From: Trichoplax adhaerens
Lineage: Eukaryota; Animalia; Placozoa
Length of the DNA stretch: 64,000 bases
Reading direction: 5' to 3'
Assembly (NCBI RefSeq): GCF_000150275.1
Contig: NW_002060944.1
Location: forward strand, 5,336,123 to 5,400,122
The notes beneath the pieces were generated by a model that worked only from the letters and a program-made list of their open reading frames with translations, had not been told where the DNA came from and made no database searches. The position numbers and the translations under genes were made by a program. Shown piece by piece: positions 14,223-26,467 of the stretch. Every line of letters begins with the position of its first letter. Position 1 is the stretch's first letter.

Positions 14223-17200
14223 ATGGCAAACGGCAAGAAAAAAAAAAATCAAGCTACTAAAAAACTACCAACTATCCATAATATTTTCCAGGTAAACGAT
14301 AACTACTTGTAAATAAAGCTAGGGCTTAAAGCTAAAATATTAACATTACAGATTTTTCTTTCTCCAACGATGGAAAGAGTGCATAATAACTATCGATAAT
14401 TTAATTTAGTGTATCATCATTTTTAATTTTTTATCATTGTCGTTCATTTTTGGTGTTCGTAAATGAATGGATTTCAGTTTTACCCTTCTGATCCTTGATT
14501 AACGTGCATGAAAATAATGCATGTTTGTCCAATCATATATACTTGCTTACCCTATTAAAATAGTATCAAATCAAAATAGCTTAATATTTAATAATTGCTA
14601 CACTTGTAAAGTTGCTCAATAGATACCTTAGTGAAGCAGTTTATTCAATTTCAATTCGCTTTATCTCGGAATCAAAATTTAAATGCTGTATTAATCATGG
14701 CTATGAATAATCTTCTTTGGAAATCAGTCTACAGCTGAAATAGAATTGAAAAAGATAATTCCATTTTGAAAAGATTCAAGAATCTTAAATCTCACTGATT
14801 TCTGTTGCTATTATTCTACAAATTATCTTTACCTAATTGAAGGATCAAAAATATGCTCTCCTACTAGTGATCGATATAAATGATCTTCATTCGATACGAT
14901 AAATTCGATAAGAAAGGGATGGAGAAAATAATTACCTTTAGCGTGATTGCCAAGTTTTAGATCAAATTGATTTTCTTAGTTTTATCAATCACGGTAATCT
15001 GATGAAGAATAATGTTTTACAGTGCTATAATATCGAGAAATCATAATTTTCGGAGTAAGTGATCAATTACTATAGTCTAATAGCATCAAACCACGAGTAT
15101 GAAGATCGGAAAGAAAGTTCTTTCCGATTGTATTCCGCTTTAGCAACTTGATACCGGATAGAATCTAATTTAATAAGCGGAAAAGAATCATTTATTGCAT
15201 TCTTTGTGAACGACTTATTTTAAAATTATCATATAAGCTATTCTATCATAGAATAGAGAAGTAGTTCATAAAATAATTATTTTAAAATGAATATCATTTA
15301 AAATGATAAAGCCATATCAATACAGTAATTCCTTTCTACTTTACATCCAGCACGTAAATCATCGAGATTGAAATGTGATAAAAATCATTTATCGGACCGA
15401 TTGATGGCGAAATCATTTTTTCGTCATTTATAAATAGTTATCCTCACAATCGTAAAAAAATACTACACAGATCCATAGAGTGAATGAGAAGAAAAGATTC
15501 AACTTGACGTTTAAGAATGGCCTTATTCATAAAGTAATAATAATTATTGTAGAAGGATTGTCATATAAAATAGCAAATAAAAGCAACAAAGAAAATTTAA
15601 TGTTAAACTGCTTCGAGCAGTACAAACATCAGTTATGGCCAGAAGGTCGTAGAAATAGCAAAAGGATAGACTAGAAGAAATAATTTCTCATTTCCCTTTT
15701 AACTTATTGCCTTAAATCATAGACTCAATATGTTTTTTTACATTGGATCAATCAATTATAATTTTAAACTTGATAGGTTTAACTAATTTAAATTTTACTT
15801 TAGGTCGCGAAAAACGGGACGATTGATATCTTAGATGACATTCTCCCCGATAAAGAAGATTTCAATCGGATGTGTGAAAAACGAGATGAACATGGTTTAA
15901 CGCCCTTGCATTATGCCGCTAAATTTAATCAAATCAATGCCATTACTCGCTTAGTTACCTGTGGTGCTGGTAAGCTAAATCGTTATTTTAGCAGGACAAG
16001 AAAGTATTTTTCATCTTCATTTATCAAGAACTCATGAATTTAAGTTTTAGCACACTCAGCCTCGGTAGAAATATATATCAAAATGATTTCATTCTAAATT
16101 ATTGATTCACTCTATGGATATGAAGATAGGGCCATAATTCTGGCCATAATATCTTTCTTTAATTGAAGTGATTGGCAAACGTTTTATCCCATACATTTAT
16201 TATCACTAACTGAAGATACTATCGAAAATTCGGCCTCCTATAAGAAGAATTCTCACTTTCTACTACCATAATAGCGAACAATCTTTGATATTCAGACAGT
16301 TTGAAACAATGTTCCTAATAAATCTTGTTAAATTTGCCTTCGGTGCATAGAAGATTTTCAATTTAATGATGGAATCACTAATATCATTATACTTTTTGAT
16401 CTTCTTAATGTCAAAAATTCAATCTCACCATTGCTTAGAATTAAACCTTCATTATTTCAAGCGAATATGCCACTATAGATTTAGTAATTCCATAGCTTTA
16501 ATCCATCCCTTATTACTTTTCATACTCTGAATAACTAACCCTATTAATTATAAATCAATAGAAATTATTTAAATTTGTGCTGGATTGTAGATTAACTGCT
16601 CTACAGCTGCCAAATGAAACGGTCTTCCATTTATAGTCTAACAATTTTCCTAGTAATATTCTCGCATTTGACTGAGCAACCGTGAAGTAAAAATTACTTA
16701 CTCGTTTCACATCAATTTTTCATTTTCAAATTGATCAATAATATATAATCAATCATGGTTGAAATATCCACGAACTGCCAGATAAACGGTCTTCATGTTT
16801 GTCGCAAATCTAAACTCATAACGACAAAAATTAGAACTATCACAGAAAACTAAATCTGCAAGCCCACTGTCAAATTTATCCTGCCTGATATCTACTTCAG
16901 TATAACGCTAGCTAGATACGGACGACCTCATGTCGTCAGGAAGAACCGTAATTAGCAGTCTCTGTTTGGACAAAACTAATACCAAACTTTATTGAAAAAA
17001 TCACTCAATTTATAGTAAATCCACTTAAATATTAATTGCTTAATTATCAATTTATAGGTAATATTATATAACTATGCAGTTATGTATTAAGACATGTAAA
17101 GTTATCTTATGGAAATTATACTACGATAACTATGCAAAAATTACTCTGTAACAACTTTATAGCCTAATAATTCCTCAGCAGTATTTTCAGATCGATCGAG

Positions 17201-20200
17201 CAACCGTGAAATATTTTTATCTATCTACAGTTCATTCCACATCCACTCCTCATTTCCAAATCGATCAATTACTAGTCATGATTTGAGTATTCAGCCACTA
17301 CTTTATGAAATCGACTTCATTTCATATCATATAACAACCATTTCCTAAACATAGCTAACTATTAGTAATTTATAATTTTGATATTGGATGAAGTCTGATT
17401 AGAATAGTTGCAGAATGTAACTATAAGAGCAAGCAATATTCATTGATCTTTATTGTGGGTAGATGTTGATGTCAGAGGTATCGATGAAATTGCTCCTCTT
17501 CACGTGGCTGCCAGGCATAACCATAGTGAAGCAGCAAAGACACTATTATCTTTACAAGCAAAATCTGATATTGGAGATGATGATGGTGATACTCCATTGC
17601 ATGTCGCTGCCAAGTTAGGCTATCCTAACGTTTGTAAGGTTAGTAAAGAAACAAATTCGAAAAATGATAACTATACAGTAGGTATAGTTTTGCTTCAAAT
17701 CATAGACAGCTTACCTAGAGTAGTCTAATAACAATATTGCTGATATCATCTCAATGATATACATTTGTCGCTTGATATATCCCATTTTTTATCAGATCTT
17801 GATTGAACATAATCCATCGCTGATCAACAAAGTCAACAAGGATAAAGTAACCCCGTTACATATAGCATGCAGGAGGAATAGACTCTTAGTCTGTCAACTA
17901 TTGGTAATTTTTAATAACAGATAATGTTGAAAAATATTCCAATAAAGCAAACATAAACTTGCTTGATAATATTAAATAGGCATTTGTATATTTAAAATCG
18001 ATGATACTGAAATAGATTGGTAATGCTGCTAATGCTATGCTCAAATCGGTGGATGGTAGTTTACCTATTCACTTTGCAGCATCTAAAGGCAGTTGCGAAA
18101 TTATCGAACTATTGCTGGACATTGCTGCTTCTCGTAGCGAGCCTAAAACCAACCATTTAGCTATGCAGGATAATGAGGGGAAAACTGCTCTACATAGGGC
18201 TGTTCAAGGTGGACATGTAAAAGTAAGGAAACATCATTATGAATTTCTACTACTATAATGATTGACCAACTTACTTATTGCGGTACATAGTTAAACTTAA
18301 AATGCCATATAGATCTAAATTGAAATTTTCCTTAGCTCAATAGCAGTAAATATCTGCTGACAATGTTGCTAACTTGACTACTATTTTTCCCTTAGGCAGC
18401 AATTACATGTCTGCATAGTGGATCTGATATCATGGCTACTATGGTAATAAAAGTTATTTTGAAGATCTTGAGTCTAAGATACAGACAATTTTACCACAAC
18501 CGCTATTCAGTCTAAATTCTTTTTGTAAAATTAATTGCAGAATGATGGGCTTACACCTTTACACGTAGCAGCCAGTATTGGATCACCAACCCTAACTAGA
18601 ATTCTGCTAAAAGATGGAGCACAAATCAATGCCAAGTGTGTCATAGGCCGAACTCCAATTCATTTAGCATCTTCGTTTGGTCATACTTCTGTAATCAAAA
18701 TTTTATTAAATCAGGTAGTTTATGTAGACTAATGAAGATTATCATGCTGCTGTTTCAATATAAGCTTCTATTTACATATTTGCATGAAAATATTCAAGAA
18801 ATAAGTATAGTAGCCTCGTTGCTACTACGTTAGGTTCGTAGTTTAAAGATATTACAGTATTAGACGGACTTAGATTACTTCAGCGTTTCATCATCACAAT
18901 AATCATAAAAATAAGCGATTGCGAAGGGATGATAGATTAAAACCTTGAGATGCATGCAATCTTTCACAAATATCTTTCATCAGAAATGATAGAGATGGCA
19001 TTGGCTTAAGCACGCTTTTCAGTTAAATATTAGCAAGTTACAGTCTAAATTGTGCAGCATTTTTTCATCGAAAGAGATGAAGTAAAATTCTTAATGCAAA
19101 TTTTCATTCCTGTATGTTTAATTCCAATCTTTTTAAAAAGTTTTCACCAAACTAAATCTGCTTTTTAAACCACAATATCATAAATACAAGAAAAAAATTA
19201 CTGAGATTGTCATTCTCGCATCAAACCAGACTTTACTGCACTCATAAGAAATCATATCTGATTCGGATAAGCAATCATGTTGACTAAATCAAACTTAATT
19301 CTTCTTATTTTTAGGGAGCTGAAATCAACATTGTCGATGATAAATTTCAAACTCCGCTCATGGTTGCCACAGAAAATGGAAATTTATCATCCATTAATGA
19401 ACTAATTTATCAAGGTGCAGATGTTTCAGTGGTAGACGATCAAAATAGAAACTGTTTACATCTAGCTAGTCGAGCAGGTCATCTAGAAGCTCTAATTGCT
19501 ATTTTTAAGGTGATGGAACGATGATATCCACTTTTAAAGTTGCTATGAATGGGTTCTATTAGAACTAAGAATCTTTATCGTCGCATTTACAGAATTAGCT
19601 CATAGTTTGTGTTGATTTCTATCAATATTTATAGCATGGTGGACAAGGCTATGTCGATATTTTAGATAGCTTAGACAGAACTCCAATCCATTATGCAGCT
19701 GAAGCTGGCCATCATAGAGTAAGATAATTAAATATCATATTTGCACATGAAATTTTTTCCTGCTCTCACGTCCTTTTCTGGTAATACGTTAAAACTTTTA
19801 ATTTAAATGTTTCTTGTTTTTAAATCCTCTCTCGATAGATCATTGAACTATTGCTAGCCAATGATGCTGGATTAGAATTTTCTGATGCAGACGATAACTT
19901 ACCAATCCATTTAGCATGCAAGTAAGTTCCTGAAATGATCATTAGCCAAATGAAATAGACTGCATTTTGCCTTGACTTTAATGCTACCTGAATCTAAAGG
20001 TAGAAAAGAAAGATGTAGCCTAATAATGTCATTAGAATACAATTGAAGATGTTTCTGCCAAATTATATGAGAAAATGGCTTCCTTTTAATTATGCAGATG
20101 CAGTCTATGTAGATTTCAGCTGTAAATCAGTTCAATATTTGTATTTACCTCAATTGCGCATAATTCTAATTCAGTATCTCAATCTATCTGTTATGGCCAT

Positions 20201-23200
20201 ATAGGTCTGCTAATATCGCAAGTGTTAAAGTTTTATGCGATAAAAGCTTAACACATTTAAACAGTCCTGGAGAGCGCTCACGCACACCTCTTCACCATGC
20301 CATCGTCAATAATCTTATTCCTATTGTTGATTTTTTGATCAAATATGGAGCAAACGTTAATAAAAGGTAATTTTATGAAGTTATAATCTCGTTTGCCAGC
20401 GTTACTATATAGAATTAAAATTACCACTAGTTATTTGCTTGAGCCACGATTGAATATTGTACGTAAAATAGATGTTCTAAGCAGTACTAATCAATTATAA
20501 AAATCAAGATATTTAATTAAGCTTAGTATTAGATGACTCGCGTCTATCAATTTCTTAGTATATTTATTGAATCTCTTTATTTCTACCAGAGATGGCAGCT
20601 ATCGAACGCCACTATTATTAGCTGCTGAAAGGGGTTATTTTGATATCACCAAAATACTTCTGGAAAATAATGCTGCTATTAATGATCGAGCATCGGATGG
20701 TGTAAGTAAAATACTTTAATTCCTACTCTCAAGCTGACATATTCGAAGATAGCTAAATCTATTTTTCATAATAATTTTTTTATAAATCTGATATAATAAT
20801 GTTACATTTAAAATATCCCTATAGAAAACCGCTCTACATGCTGCTGCGACTTCAGATAACATTGAAATTACTGAGTTTCTACTCGCTAATGGAGCTGAAA
20901 TTCTTAATGATAATGACAATAGAACTTGTCTTGATATTGCAATTGAAAATCAAAGCAAGAATGTTGCTATGGCTATCGTGAAGCAAAAAAAGTAAATGCA
21001 ATCTGTTTACTCAATATTAAAATAGTAATTTGAGCTACAATATCCAATGATATATAACTTTACAAGAATTAAAGCCTAAAATTTTCAATCCTTACCCCGG
21101 AATTTACACGGTATATTATAAGCTGCCCTATTAATCAAAAGTATTTGTTTACTACCATGCTAAAAAGAATTAAAGATCTATTTATGAAAGTAGATGAAGA
21201 AGGTAGAACAGTAATGCAACGATTAGTTGAACAGCTTCCCGATGCAGCTCAGGTATGCTTACGAAATTAGCCAATATTTTTCAACTCCATGCAGCATTTC
21301 TAATTATAATCCAATAGTTACGATTTTTCAACATAAGAGACTTTTACAGTTATTTATAAATATTCTATTACCAATGATGATCATTTCTACTATTCTAATC
21401 CTATTAATTATGGTGCATTAGATGGTCATGGATCGCTGCATTACTCGATCCAAACATTTTAAAGGGCGCCAAAGTCGCGAAGTAAGTCAAATAAACTAAT
21501 TATAAAGAGTTGGTTAAGATCTTGTTCACAAAATTTTACGCCATACATGTGTGCAGTTCTGATTTAGCCACTGAAAGCTACGGTATGCAAATATCTCTTA
21601 CTAGGTTACATACGATTTCTCTTTCATTGATCCCGGGCCAACATTTGAAGAAGAAAATTTTTTAGTAAATCAAGATGACAAAAAGACATCAATTAATTGC
21701 AATGCTGTACAGGTAATTGCAGATAATTATAATTACAGCTTTAAGGCAGCTGCTTAAATATGGAGATCGTTCTATTAGTCTTAGCAAGGTTGTTTTTATA
21801 ATTATTTTCAATTCTACCGTCTCATAATCATATAATTGCTTACGAATGAATTTTTTCCTCAACTCTAACATCTCGATAACACAGTAGTTTCGAATGCCAT
21901 CAATTAATGATTTATCATACTAAACAAGCAGAATAATAATTTCTTCCCAATTTTAGACTATGAGAAAATTGAAAAGAGGCAATTTAGTGAATCATGAACT
22001 ATCAAAAGCCTTACTAGACTACAAATGGTAAGAGGATAAATAATATCTCCTCCTTAATCGGTTTTAGCTTTAAATCAGCTTATCATTCCGCTTATTGCTA
22101 AATATAATTCCGGTATACCCATTTCATAGGAGAAAGTTTGGTGCTTACGTATTCTACGCCAATCTATCCATCTATGTTATCTACTTGAGTTTATTAACTC
22201 ATTTCACCGTCAGCCTGAAAGCTAGTCCAAAGAATAATTCTTTTAGCTCGGCTTTTAATCCAGCTCCAGTAACAGTCGCTCCAACGACATCTTCGATAAC
22301 ATTGCCAGACAACAGTAGCATTTTTTCCACTATTACTACCGATCGGGTTTGTACTCTCATCACAAAGATTTCTAAAGTTACTTGACACCTTTTGCAATAG
22401 CTGATTGAATTATATCCTTAACTACTTGCTTAATTGCTATAGTTCCGCATAAATCTTTATTTTAGTATTGTATGTACACAATTCATATAGCCAGTAACCG
22501 ATTTTCTAATTACCTTTCGCACTCATAATCTTAGCCCCACTTATCAACACTTAAGATGATCTGTGATAGTATTTGAGAGCATCGCACGCATAAGTTGAAC
22601 TTGGAACAGTATAACTAATTATTGTTTTTCTAAAACACTCTTACGGATTATAATTTGAGGATACCCTTGAAATCCTACTATAATGAACTGCAAAGATATC
22701 TCAATCTTCCTTTCACCAAACTTGAATCTGTAATAGTTCATTTCTAGCCACTCTTAAAATACTTTAAATTGAAAACTACCTTCAGGATCTGCTACAGTGA
22801 TTCACTATGATATCTTATTTCAATTTGGCACAAACTGAAACTAAACAGTCCATTTACTGTACTAGCATTTACTTCAGCAGTTATCGTTTAACTCTTTGAA
22901 AATAAGCTATAATGACCTATGATAAACAATTAACGTATCATGTGCACTATTTGAGCCTTATGCCACAGATATTTTCTGTAATTATTTCCAATAATGTCCT
23001 GTTCTATCTTATATTCAGATCAAATCTATAGCCAATTTGTTTATTTAACTTCATTTGAACTTTTAGAATTTGAGCCACCAACAATATTTGCAGTATAAAT
23101 GTGGCATTCCATATTATCTAATGCAGATCTTAAAATCGCCGTAAAATAATCTTTAGAATCTTTTCTACGATTATAATTTAACTTACATTATTGGCTTTAA

Positions 23201-26200
23201 TGATACATATTCGATTTTTGGGGGATGATAAGGACATCTTAAAACCTAAAATAATTCATTAAGTTACATTTTTTACCTTCTTTGATAATTATTGCCTTTA
23301 ATTTAAATCATTTTCAAAAATGGTGTAAATTATAAACTATGATATCTTAGTGTAACTCATGTGCAAACATTGATCAATTAGGTTCCAAGGCCGTTCAATA
23401 TAGTTATTCAAGTATCTGTCCTCGTTTTTTCTATTATCAACTTACTAAAGGAATGCTATCAACTATTACATTTGGTAAGTTAAACAACTAGTATATATTT
23501 AAATATTTTTGAATTTCATTCAATTTTATTTCTCCCCTGCAAGTAACCGTCAGACGATGATTATTCATTTTTTAATTTACTTTTTCAAGTATATTATTGG
23601 GACGCTAATTTGACATATGAGTTTTGCATTAAAGCAGACTTAAGTTCAAAAATTTAAGAAATGCTAAAGTTCCTATCGTTATGCACGATAACAGGTCAAA
23701 CTACCATCCTTAGGGTTATAAGGGGGCACAGAACCCATTCACTACTATTACTATAACTGAAGTAATAATAAATAGAATCTGAAATGGATATATATGTAGT
23801 AACAGTCGTAAATATAACTATTTCTTATACAGTACCAATGAATTTGAAGAGAATCGAGTAGGCACTAATTCATGTACTTGACACTGGTATGTTTTCAGGA
23901 CTTGAATTTGCCTTACGGGTATATGTTCTATAATTCATTTGCAACGTTATAGTCGATAGTAAGTTGAATCGAAGCATTACCCACGCTGTAAATGTCATGA
24001 GGGTTTAAAAGACATATTAAAATTAAATCAGATATGATCAAATGCTTTTACTATAAATTAAAGCTTTGCTAAGAAAGTCAACTTTGTATGCAATTGCTTA
24101 TCGTTTAGTAGATTAACAGAAATATCTATAAAATAAAGAAATTAGCTTTATCTGTTTTGATCTATTTCGATTATTTGATTTGAAAAGTAGCATCTAAACG
24201 ATTAGAGTTTTATAAAAATAGAACTTTCATGTGCTATAATTTGCACAAGAATAGGTATAAATGGGCCAAAGATATAGTTTAGACTGCATTGAAAAGTGTT
24301 TGATATTTCTGATCTTTGGAATACAGGGTTTTGCCTATTTTAAGAATATTGGTAACTACATGGAAATATTTATGTATATTTCAACGTTGATATTGATTAC
24401 TCCACCTGGAAGAGTTCCAAATGATTGGCAATGGCTATTTGGATCATTTGCACTCTTTCTATCATGGATTAACCTTTTGCTTTTCATGGAAAGGTATCCT
24501 TTAGAATTATTTTTACCAAATATTATCTACGCCTATAAGAATTACTTAATCAGCTAAAAACTTTGCCGCAATTGATAAATAACATAACTATTGAAGTAAA
24601 TTTTTAAGATTTGCTTTTATAATCATAATGAGATTGAATTTCGTTTAGGATATCTGCTTTAGGTATCTATGTTATCATGTTAAAGTCCGTACTGTTGACC
24701 TTTCTGCGGGTAATTGAATCAATATTAGAATTAAGCTAACACCTACAATGACTGCTTCAAACCTGCAACTATTCATTTGAAATTATAATTAACTATCCAA
24801 TTGGATCATTAAACTCTTTGGGTAACATAGATCCTCGTTGTTCTTACCATTTTTATGGTGGCCTTTGCATTTGCATTTACAATCTTAGCAGGATCAGAAG
24901 TAAGCAGAAACATTTTAAAATAAATTGAATAATATTACATACAATATGATCTATATCCCGTAAGCATCACATCAATATTATTTATAATACTCTTACGTTA
25001 TATTGATAATATTACTAAGGTATAAAGTCTTTTATATAATTCTAGGATGTTTTTAGCACTATTTCATTAGCTATGATTAAGGTTTTGGACATGATGGTGG
25101 GAGAAATTGATTACAAAGATGTCTTTGTGACTGCTATTAGTGGTAGAACTATTAAATATCCGGATAATTATGTTCTCGTTGCTTTTCTCGTCATCTTTAT
25201 CTTCCTCATGCCAATCTTACTGATGAATTTAATGGTAAAAGCTTAAATATTATAGATATATATATATAAAAGTAATTTGCTATATATGAGATTATGCAAA
25301 AAAGTTATAAAATGAAAACTGACACTTTCTTAATGGTTATAACTATTTGTTTATGGAAAATGTAGATTGGTTTAGCAATTGGAGATATCGACAAAATTCA
25401 AAGAAATGCAAATATAAGGCGCTTAGGCATTCAGATTGATTTTTTAGACGATTTAGAGCGATCATTACCAAGATGGTTACGGAAAAAATTTCACTGCGTC
25501 AAAGATATACGGAATACCCAAAAATATTTATATAAGGTATTGGTCTAATGTAAAACTAGCTAGGAGAATACTTGTAGAGTAACTTGATGGAAAAAGGAGC
25601 TACTTAATGTAAAATACTTGTAAAATTAATGGAAAGAATATTAAGTAATGCTTATGGGCAGTTATAAGCAGCCAGTGTGGGATATCAGTTGCAATTCAAT
25701 CTTAACATAGCGAGGGAAATGTATGTAAGCATTGTTGATAGATAAGAGATACTAGTACAAACTCACGTCGCTTTGCTGACGGTTTACGATAATGTACCCA
25801 TTTGTTAATAATTAACAGATACATATATGAAATATTTAGCAAACTATAAGTATTACATGATATTAGGTGCAAACATGATCGAAACGATGGTTATGATATC
25901 AATAGATAGAAATAATAAATTGTTGTAAAGTATAATAGTAATTTGATATTAAAGGAACGGAAACCTTGCTAGTAATTGCAGCTTTTATAATTATTAATTG
26001 ATTCTACTATAGCAGTTAGTATCTTGACTAATTTTAAATTGGAATGAAATCTTTTTATCATTTTAGTTCTACGCTTACGTTTATGGTGAAGTTACTTCTA
26101 AAAATGAGGAGGATGTAGAGGAATTTTATATTGAGCAAATTGATCGAGTTTTAACAGAGTTGGATTGGCAAAAGAAGCAGTAAATTCAACATAAGAATAG

Positions 26201-26467
26201 ATTATAAAATAAGTACTAGGATTACTATAATATTATTATCATCCATGACCTATTTGACTATTTTCTTGATATAGAATAAGAGGAATATTTACAGAAATGG
26301 ATAAAATGATGGAGACTATACTCGAAATTCAAAGCTTTCAAGAATTCTCACATCATGCACCAAAGGGAGGATCAATGCAGTCTGAAGACTCTAAAAAATC
26401 AGAAGGCCCTAAGGCGTTACTAAGTCCTGAAGCATCAGATACTTCGGATGAGAAGACCTACTTGTAG
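14223..26467 (+). CDS. TRPA1: TRPA1-like channel, copy A (26 exons, ~17 ankyrin repeats, 6 TM, TRP-like helix, C-terminal helical tail)
   Basis: Exon 1 MANGKKKKNQATKKLPTIHNIFQ (14223-14291) splices in phase to 15804. Ankyrin exons follow at ~17463, 17796, 18016, 18396, 18541, 19315, 19635, 19839, 20205, 20590 and 20826. Pre-S1 reads HELSKALLDYKW. Pore/S6 reads KVLDMMVGEIDYKDVF...FLMPILLMNLM|IGLAIGDIDKIQRNANIRRLGIQ. Stop TAG at 26465-26467. No internal stops in the exons read. Confidence 0.9.
16600..17340. repeat. Degenerate ~170-bp intronic repeat in intron 2 of copy A
   Basis: GAGCAACCGTGAA...CATTT(T/C)CAAAT(T/C)GATCAAT occurs at ~16674 and ~17198. CTGCCA.AT.AA.CGGTCTTC-like sequence occurs at ~16607 and ~16775. 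Confidence 0.6.
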
